The notes under the pieces were generated by a model. That model did not search any database. It worked only from the letters and a program-made list of their open reading frames with translations, and had not been told where the DNA came from. DNA of 62,132 nt, counting the filler, from Sluysia triapertura (lineage: Eukaryota), in the NCBI GenBank assembly GCA_046118255.1. It is 5 parts of 5 records of this genome, joined end to end, with 100 filler letters (N's around TTAATTAATTAA, not from the genome) between each part and the next. Parts side by side here need not be neighbours in the genome. Positions count along the whole stretch, not along the records: positions 49,426 to 62,132 come from JBJNIA010088131.1; 4 more parts are not named here. One strand, 5' to 3'. Below are positions 53,931-62,132 of this stretch, in pieces. The position numbers and the translations under genes were made by a program. Position 1 is the first letter of the stretch. Each line of letters begins with the position of its first letter.

Positions 53931-55566
53931 TTTTAGGTGAACAATGCCTTATACTATTTTAAATGTTATTTGGCAGTCTGTGTTTTAGTAGAAATGGAGT
54001 CTTAATTAGTTGTTTGACAGTTAAATCGTTATCATGAAACACCACTTTTTGAGCATTAAACATAAGAACGTTACTGAGATTAGAATTTTACTGACTTTTG
54101 ATAGAATAAAATGACATATCTTTATATTGTACAAAGTTTAATGAAAAATTACACTTTGCGTTTACTTCTTAAATTCTTTCTTAATTACAGAATTTTTAAC
54201 GTACTTCTTTGAAGCCACTGAGATATTTTAGTTTTACATCAGATTATAAAACTATAAATTCGTTTTTTTGTAATATCGAAAATTAAATAGAAAAATTTTA
54301 ATTTATAGTTTTGAATCAGGTCATTAATATCAGAAATGTGCAACCTTTATTTCAGTGGTACTTTGTTTATTAAATTAGGCGATTTATTCCAACATAATTA
54401 TTATGTTAATAATAATTATAGAAAATAAGTAATCCTTTTGAAATTGACACAAATATAATACAACAAAATATTTTGTTGAAGATTTTCAAGTTTGTCTTTA
54501 TTCATGATGAATCTGATAAGTAATCTTTAAATTATGGCTGGATAAGGCTATTAAATATTTTTCTCTTATCACTTTTTCTTATTTTATTTGTTAATACATT
54601 CATTGTATTACATTATTTTCATTAATTAATCTAGTTTTCATTAATTTTTTAGCAAGACTTACTTGTAAGCTTTACTTGATGCCTTAATGATGTTTCGTAA
54701 ATTTCTCATATCACTAATCTATACCATTTCACATTCAAAATTGTTTCATGTAATTCAAAGTGAGACTGCGAATTTTGCGTTAAACATTCAAAAAATTTAA
54801 AAATAATATATTAAAAAATAGATAAAATATTAAAAATCCAATATTGAAAAGAAACCAAACAGGTTTATTAAAACATAAAAATTTTCAAATTGATTATACT
54901 AGATTAAACTGCGTTAAGTTGTATGATCATTCGCCCGTCCTTTATTAAATTATTTTTTACTAAATCTTCTGTTCTCAACAAGTGTAAACTATTGAGTACC
55001 TCAAAATTCTAGAAATTTCCATTTTTATTATTTTTAAAGATGAAGAATGTTTAGTAAAAATAAATTTTAAGACAATTATTATTTGATCTCTAATTACATT
55101 TAAAAAATTATTTATAGTATGCATTTATAATTCATTAATTAAATTTTAATATTTAGATAAGTTTTTCAACGTAAAATTAATTTACTTAGTTTGTTTCACT
55201 TAGAATGACACACTACAGAAAATATTCTTTTCAATAAATCCAAAAGGAAATAATTTATTGACCATTTGTCAAGATAGTTAAATATTCGGGCAATAAAAAA
55301 TTTCACATTTTATGCAGTAGTTTACTGAAATTAAACTTTATTTAAATGTAATTCTAAATAATTAAATAAATTATGAAGCCTCCTAAGCATAAAAATTAGT
55401 TGGAGAACTTATGTAGCAAGTAAGTGTAAAGACAATTTGAAGTAAAAGTGAGTTTCATTACGGAATAAGTTTCTACTAATTTTACTTTGTAATATAAGTA
55501 CATTTTAATTTATAAATCCTGAATATTCTTTCAACAAATAATATAATTGATTTTTATTTGTCTTAA

Positions 55567-55770
55567 CTCATTAACAGCCAAATTTTTTATTTTTGTTGTG
55601 TTCAACTTATAAATGATTTCTAGATTTGTTCAATTGTTGAAACGCAAAGTGCACACCGTTTTACTGATATGTACAAAATGACATTAAACTGTCAAACACA
55701 CCTGATATATTCTTCGCACTAAGTGGTGTACATAAAATTCGAAAATCTCCAACCAGGGATAGTGACTGGA
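55567..55770 (-). mobile_element. Possible piggyBac-like 3' end remnant just downstream of the last identified TBCD exon
   Basis: TTAA|CTCATTAACAGCC terminus (similar to 53566); minus-strand KRCALC. Confidence 0.35.
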
Positions 55771-55839
55771 TTAATCTAACTTAATAAAATAATTCGTAAT
55801 ATTTTTTTAAAATAAGATATTCGATTACATATTACTAAC

Positions 55840-55949
55840 CATTCCGTATCTTGTAAAATATTCATCAATTCTTCCAATTTCTCGTCCTCCATTATATTAT
55901 CATAAGTTAACAAACTTTGATACAAATAACTAGCAGTATGTTTTCGAAC
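55840..55949 (-). CDS. TBCD: Tubulin-specific chaperone D exon (near C-terminus)
   Basis: ttag|GTT...GAATG|gttagt; VRKHTASYLYQSLLTYDNIMEDEKLEELMNILQDTEW resembles TBCD IRKTTA..YE.LLTY...LSDT.W. Confidence 0.85.
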
Positions 55950-55990
55950 CTAATTTAACATATAATTCAATATATTATTAAAACACGTAC

Positions 55991-56456
55991 AATAGGAAAT
56001 CTATGTCCTAAAAGTACCATTAATTTAGGAACAGCTCGATTTCTAATCATTTCCGGAAATTGTAACATTTGACAATATAATTCAATAGCACTTTTAATTT
56101 TTTGTACATCACATCCACCACCAATAGATAATTCATCACGAGCCATATCAATGATTTTTATTAATAAATCTGTTGAAGATAAATTAATATCTTCATTTAT
56201 TTGAGTAGCATTAAACCAATCGTAGAAATCGGGATGTGAAATAACAAATTCAATTGTTTTCATCAAAGGTAATGTAACTCGATCTTGACCTAAATAGTCA
56301 CGAAAGACATTCGTTAAACTGATCACTAAACTAGTTAAATAAGTGTAGTCTGTATCATGACTCTGTATAGACCGATTAAGTGCTTCTCTGCTTTGTTGAA
56401 CTGTACGCTCAGTTATACCACCGACACTAACTACTAACCCAAGTACACAACGATAT
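55991..56456 (-). CDS. TBCD: Tubulin-specific chaperone D exon
   Basis: ttcag|A TAT CGT...CCT ATT|gtacgt; YRCVLGLVVSVGGITERTV...DRVTLPLMKT...LLGHRFPI; phase matches the upstream exon. Confidence 0.92.
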
Positions 56457-57767
56457 CTGAATACATTATTTTATAAAAATGTTGCTTTAAATCAGAGTTT
56501 CAGAGTTAGATAATTAATAATATAAAACCTTCAGCTACTTTTTCACTTTAAAAATACATTTTCATATTATAGCGATAAATAATTTAATGATTATTTATTT
56601 CTGATAAGATAAAATATCGAAATATATTTAGGCACTCTTATTTCTCGAGAAAATAATTCTTAAAGCTATTAATTTCAATGAATGAAATAATGTCAATGCA
56701 CAGTACAGAGAGTAAGAAAAGAAGTTCGTGTTAGCCATTGTTTTACGTTTTTCGTTTTTTACTTTATTTAGGTTTGACAGATCTTCTAAATATGTGCCGC
56801 AATTCAACGCCCTTTATAATTAAATGTGAATTGTTAAGTTAATTCTAACATAAATTGCTGTAATAGTCTTAAGCCGATCAAGTTTCTAAGTAATGATTCC
56901 ATTAATTAACTTCAGTCTTTTAATATATTATAACGTATAACTTCCAAACATTTTATACATAAATATACAAGTGTAAAAATTTGAAAAAAAGTTACAAATA
57001 AATTGTTTTTACAAAAATTCTACTTTATTTACAAAGTATGATATGGTATTTTAATTATTTAAATAAAACAGAAATGGCAAAGCGAATGGGTTAAAATCGT
57101 GTTAATACGCGACCCAACAAATTAGTTTAAAAAAATTCGATGAGCAACAAAAAATATACCACCACAATTTACGCATGAGAAAAAGTAATATTAAATGCAC
57201 TGAAGAGCGGTTTGCAATATAGTTTCTGGCTTAAAAATAGCAAAATTTAATTGCATAAGTGACTAATCTCTTTTATCATATTACCTTTGGATCCTTCATT
57301 TTAAAATATGTTTTAGTATACTTCCATATCACATATTAACTATTTACAATACTTGTTTTTCTGAATCTATAGAAATACATTCATTATTTAAGTATTTCTT
57401 TAAAATTTTAACATACGATAGTTTGGTTTTCCTGATAACTATTTCAACAAGATTTTAGAACCTGACAGTAATTAGGATTATCAAAAACTAATTATTTGTT
57501 CCTTATCCTAAAATTATCTATTGCTTAATAAAGGAAAATAAACAGTTAACATTATTTCTACCAAATTTTCAAACCTTCTAAAAAGTATAAGTAATAGTGG
57601 TACCAAAACCCTTGCTATAAAATTTACAAATAAGATGTTTATTTAAATTATAAAATTCTACTTCCGCCGGAAATGAGTCGAAAATTTGGTCGAAATTTGT
57701 ATACACAAAATGTGATAGAAATGTTAAATTTATTTAAGTGCTTAGGTTACAAAAATTCTATACAAAC

Positions 57768-58223
57768 CTGTAAGCATCATAATCAAGCAATTGACAAAAT
57801 AATGGAAATGTGAGATGCGGAGCAGCCCAATATAAATCAGTACATTGATTTTTATCAAAAATCTCAATTAATTTATCATGATGAGGTATATTTGGTAATG
57901 GTGAATCCAAATAAATCAATTCATAGAACACTTTACCAGCGGTTTTACGAACACGATCTATTTTTTCCATAGCTTGTTGTGCAGTACGCGCCATTATTTC
58001 CATAGATAATTCACCATCATCAAAAATACTAGAATGTTCAGTAGATACTACTAATTTTGTAAGTCGTAATAAAACACGCATAGATGCTTCACGCAACAAC
58101 GCACCAATATCACCATGACTATCAAACGTGTAATCATCCAAACTTATTAATAAAGTGGAATATATTTTTAATAACAAGTTATTAGTGATTCCTTCATGCT
58201 TTACTCCAATGCTTTCACAAATG
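57768..58223 (-). CDS. TBCD: Tubulin-specific chaperone D exon (TFCD_C region)
   Basis: ttcag|C ATT TGT...TAC AG|gtttgt; LDDYTFDSHGDIGALLREASM...QQAMEKIDRVRKTAG matches TBCD DDYTTDSRGDVG..VR.AAM and QQA.EKIDR.R. Confidence 0.93.
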
Positions 58224-61200
58224 CTGAATACAAAATGGAATTATATTAAATACTTTTAATTAGTTAAATTACTTTTAGCAGTCACATACGAAAACAAAAG
58301 TTTAACATGGTTTTGAAAATTACTTTTAATAACTCCCGTTTCTACTAAAGTTTAAAGCAAAAATTACATTTACCAAAATTTACATTTCAATATAAATTTG
58401 AAAGATTGCGGTGAGTCGAAACTTTAAACCACCTTTTACCACAAACATTACAATTTATTTCACACTTCATCTTACCCAAAATCGCATTAATACATGGAAA
58501 TTGTTAAAACGGAAGTTTTTAGTAAGCATGTTCAGTAGTTGTAACAACAAAGACAATAGTATTTCATCACGTACAAGTGCTTACAAAATCGAACTAAATG
58601 TTTTCAGTTTATAATTTTATAAATTTTTTCTCTAAATTAGATATTTTAATTTTAATATAATAATTTTAATAATTTTATGATATATTAAGAACTTGACTGT
58701 GTTTATTTTCTATCGTAAAGTTAGACGCTATAATGATTCCAATGGAAATATTTTAATAATAAAGATAAATAAGAAGAGCCTTAAACTCAAACATATTTAA
58801 TCATATATAAATTTTTAAAACCCTTAAAGGTTTCTTTTCATAACTTTATTCAAACCACGCAGGAGTTCGATGAACTAATCCCTATCCTCTATAAGATGTA
58901 TAAAACATATCCATTTCTCGACTTTTAGTCAAGATTACAATATACATAAATAATAATATACATAATAATATACATAAAACCTTTATTGAGTTACGTTTTA
59001 GTGAAACGTTTTTATGAACACTTGAAATTAGGCGTTCCATTGCACCTAAAGAAGATAGAAGGTCAAATAGAGATTCAAACTCCCAGCCTATCACAGGATT
59101 AGACGCAGTAAACGTCAGGAACCTACCTAATTAAAATATATCATTGTTAAAATATTTAAATGAGGTTGATATCTTTGCACAGTGCATGAGGTTAATGATA
59201 GCTGAAGCTATTTTGTTGAAATTAAAATCAGTTGTGTTCTAAGAATGATACATTATTAAATACTAGTTGAAGTGTTTGATTAAAGCTGATTGAAATGGTT
59301 ATAAATAAAGCTATTTTCTAAAATTATACAATCATTTATTTTGTCAACATTTTTTTAAAAATGTGAATAATTTGTGAATAATTTGAAATAAAAACTAAAT
59401 AAATTAATCGTTAACCATGCATTTGAGAATAAATCACGGGTTTTAAAATATTAACGTATCACAAACTATCGTTAAAAATTCTAGTTATATAACGTAGAGT
59501 TATATTTTCGATAAAAAATAAACATCCGAAAATGCATTTACAGGCATTAGACTATCAAAATTATCTCTTCAGATTTAAAGTTAGTCATGTTTTTGTTAAG
59601 TCTATTGCATCGCAATCAATCTTTGAAAAACAACTCAAGGAATTAATTTAGATTTAAATCAATTTTTAAAAAATAATATTTAAATATAAAATAAATAAAT
59701 AATAATATTTAAACCTACACATTTCATTTTGCACATAAATTTAATAGCATAATCATGTTAATGTATAAAAATAAATATGCATTAATGTACAAAATTGTAC
59801 AAAATGTAAAATATGAATTTTAATAATTTTTCATGTTTATTAAATGTAGTAAATATGTAAAAGAAAAAAAATGTAATATATGAAATATAATATATTTTAA
59901 ATAATTGTTTAAAAAGTATTTATTATTATTTTATTAAATATTATATAAAAGTATTATTAAATATCATTATCAGTATTATATAATTATTTTATTAAAAGTA
60001 TTATTATTAATGTATTAAAATTAACATAGTTATCATTATTATTAATTAAAAACTTATTAGTAATTTAATAAAACTTATTATTAGTACAAAAATAATTCAG
60101 ATTTAAGTATTATCCAAAAAGGTTGTAAACGTTGTAAATCATACGGCTCACAAGTTGAAAAATTGAATATAAATAGCTCACACATTGTTAGACACAATTA
60201 ATCATAAAAATCATAAATCATTTTTAATAAACATCTATGTATTATTTTAAAAAATTTACTACATTGTTTGATCTAAGGAACAAAAATTTATCTAACTGGT
60301 AATACATTTCAATTTAATCGGCAAGCGATAATTCTGAAAAACCGACACATTTTTATTTTACTATATTCAAATATAATTAATCGTTAGTAAATTAAGATTT
60401 AATTTTAATTTTACTTTATAAAATTTGAGTTCATATTTATCTAGTAAAATTTTATTACGAAATTAATGATGAGGCACATATCATTATTTAATATTATTAA
60501 CATTGTTCTTTGTATTATTACATTTTAAGTGAATAATTTGCTTTAACATTAACGCCTACTATGTGTTTTAAGTCGTTAGAGAATTCAAGTAAGAAAACAC
60601 TATAAAGTATATTTGAAATTATTATTATTATTGTTAAAATTTAAAATTCTTTTATAAGTAATTCTTTATAAAAAAATTTGAATGTCTGAATGATATCTAT
60701 ATTTTATACACTGTATATACTTATAATGGACTCGCAGATATGTTGATAACCTAAATATATTTATAGGTTCTTATTCTATAATAATGTTCTAAACTTCTCT
60801 ATTAATATTCTCACTTGTATTAGATTTAACTGGAAATATAATCTTCTGTCAATATAAATCCTTTCTATTGACTTATTATGCAAATATTATTTGTATTTTA
60901 TATTATATTCACTTTACCTAGAAGTGTGAATTCGTTTCGATATTCTGAAATGAAAGTGCAAAAGGAAACTTATCGCCTTAGTTCATTCTAGTTTTTATGA
61001 ATGATGTAATTATAACTTAGTTATGTTAAATTTATTCAATTGATCTTATTTTAAATCTTTGATTTTAACTTAATAATATCTTGTTATTATTACTCAATGA
61101 CCTGATTTATTATTTTAATTATTATTTAATTATTTTATTTATTAATTATTTTAATTCTCTTAATTATTATTTATAAAACAAGTTGAATGTGATTTATTTT

Positions 61201-61559
61201 AGACAAATAATGAACAAATTATTTTATATGTAAATATGCAGTTCTTTTGATAAATTTTAGTTAAGATTTTAATCAAACTAATGAAAATGAAAAACAAAAT
61301 CTTATTGATTATAAGTAATCTTCTTATTTGAATCTTGATTCAAATACTTGGTCTCTCTAAATAATAAAATCAATAATTTAGTATTTGATTAACTTATCTT
61401 CGCGTTACGTTGCCTTAGACAAAATCTTGCTTATTTAGAATCAATCTTTTTATTTGGATCCTGATTAAATATTTAATTTTCTTGTTTTCGTTGTCGTTAT
61501 TGTAGTGTTTTTGTTTTCACTAACCTGATTTATATTGTTCTGATATAATTAATCCTTAT

Positions 61560-61920
61560 ATTAATCGCTCTTTAATTAATCCTGATAATATTAATCGTGA
61601 TATTATTTAAATAAATAATTAGTCGAATACATCGTAATGATGTTCGATAAATAATTAGTCGAATGTTCAGTAATACGAGTTATGATATTATTCAAATAAA
61701 AATGTTATTCAGATAGTGTTGACGAATAATAGTAATAAATTTACAAATACAAATAAATAATAATATTCAATAATTAATTTACAATGTTATTCAAATAGTG
61801 TTGAATCAATAATAGTACTAAATTTACAAATAATGAATTAACGAATAAAAGTAATGAATTCACAAATACAAATAATGTTTAATAATTGAATGTTCGATCA
61901 AATAAATGAGTTTACAATAA
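61560..61920. repeat. Degenerate tandem repeats (TATTCAAATA..., GAATAATAGTAATAAATTTACAAATA)
   Basis: Recurring 25-60-bp units read directly. Confidence 0.6.
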
Positions 61921-62068
61921 TCAGCCAAACAATGCTTTCACTTTCATAAGTTCGAATTTTATATCACTTTAAATTGTTATTAAATTTTGAATTTATATTT
62001 TATTTTATAATAAATTTGAGTATTATTTTTAAGATGTGATTATTACAAAATATTAATATTATATTATA

Positions 62069-62072
<4 letters not shown>

Positions 62073-62132
<60 letters not shown>
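62073..62132. repeat. (ATT)n microsatellite
   Basis: Read directly from sequence. Confidence 0.95.

Noticed and set aside
55370-55780. Final TBCD exon
   Set aside because: Nearby acceptors give stops or peptides unlike the TBCD C-terminus; the last exon was not located
4862-59094. Most 60-125-aa ORFs in the supplied track (e.g. 4862, 7434, 16624, 37818, 47458, 53214)
   Set aside because: I/L/F/Y/N/K-rich translations expected by chance from AT-rich and microsatellite DNA, or antisense to transposon relics

Overview
Very AT-rich eukaryotic (animal) genomic DNA with many (AAT)n microsatellites. The repeat content and gene set suggest a triclad planarian or similar flatworm (inference only). 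The window is five contigs joined by four identical 100-bp artificial spacers (44 N + TTAATTAATTAA + 44 N), so linkage across gaps is uncertain. Host-gene sequence: a Src-family-like SH3-SH2 coding exon (+), one GAF-domain exon of a PDE5/6/11-like phosphodiesterase (-), the last exon of a GH99 endo-alpha-mannosidase (MANEA-like, +), a complete single-exon DEG/ENaC channel ORF (-), and three exons of tubulin cofactor D (TBCD, -). The rest is mostly decayed transposons: hAT, mariner, piggyBac (including a TTAA MITE), a Sola2-like element, Gypsy-type gag and protease, Penelope-like pieces and a Maverick/Polinton ATPase. Most interesting unexplained structure: a tRNA-derived ~98-bp element bounded by 8-bp inverted repeats (3 copies), a perfect six-unit heat-shock element between CCAAT and TATA-like motifs inside an LTR-like repeat, two tandem G-U-containing hairpins (candidate miRNA pair), a 1.5-kb foldback, short hairpin-repeat arrays, and apparently interleaved antisense PDE and MANEA genes. 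Most short ORFs in the supplied track look spurious. All family assignments come from motif recognition by eye; no searches were run.
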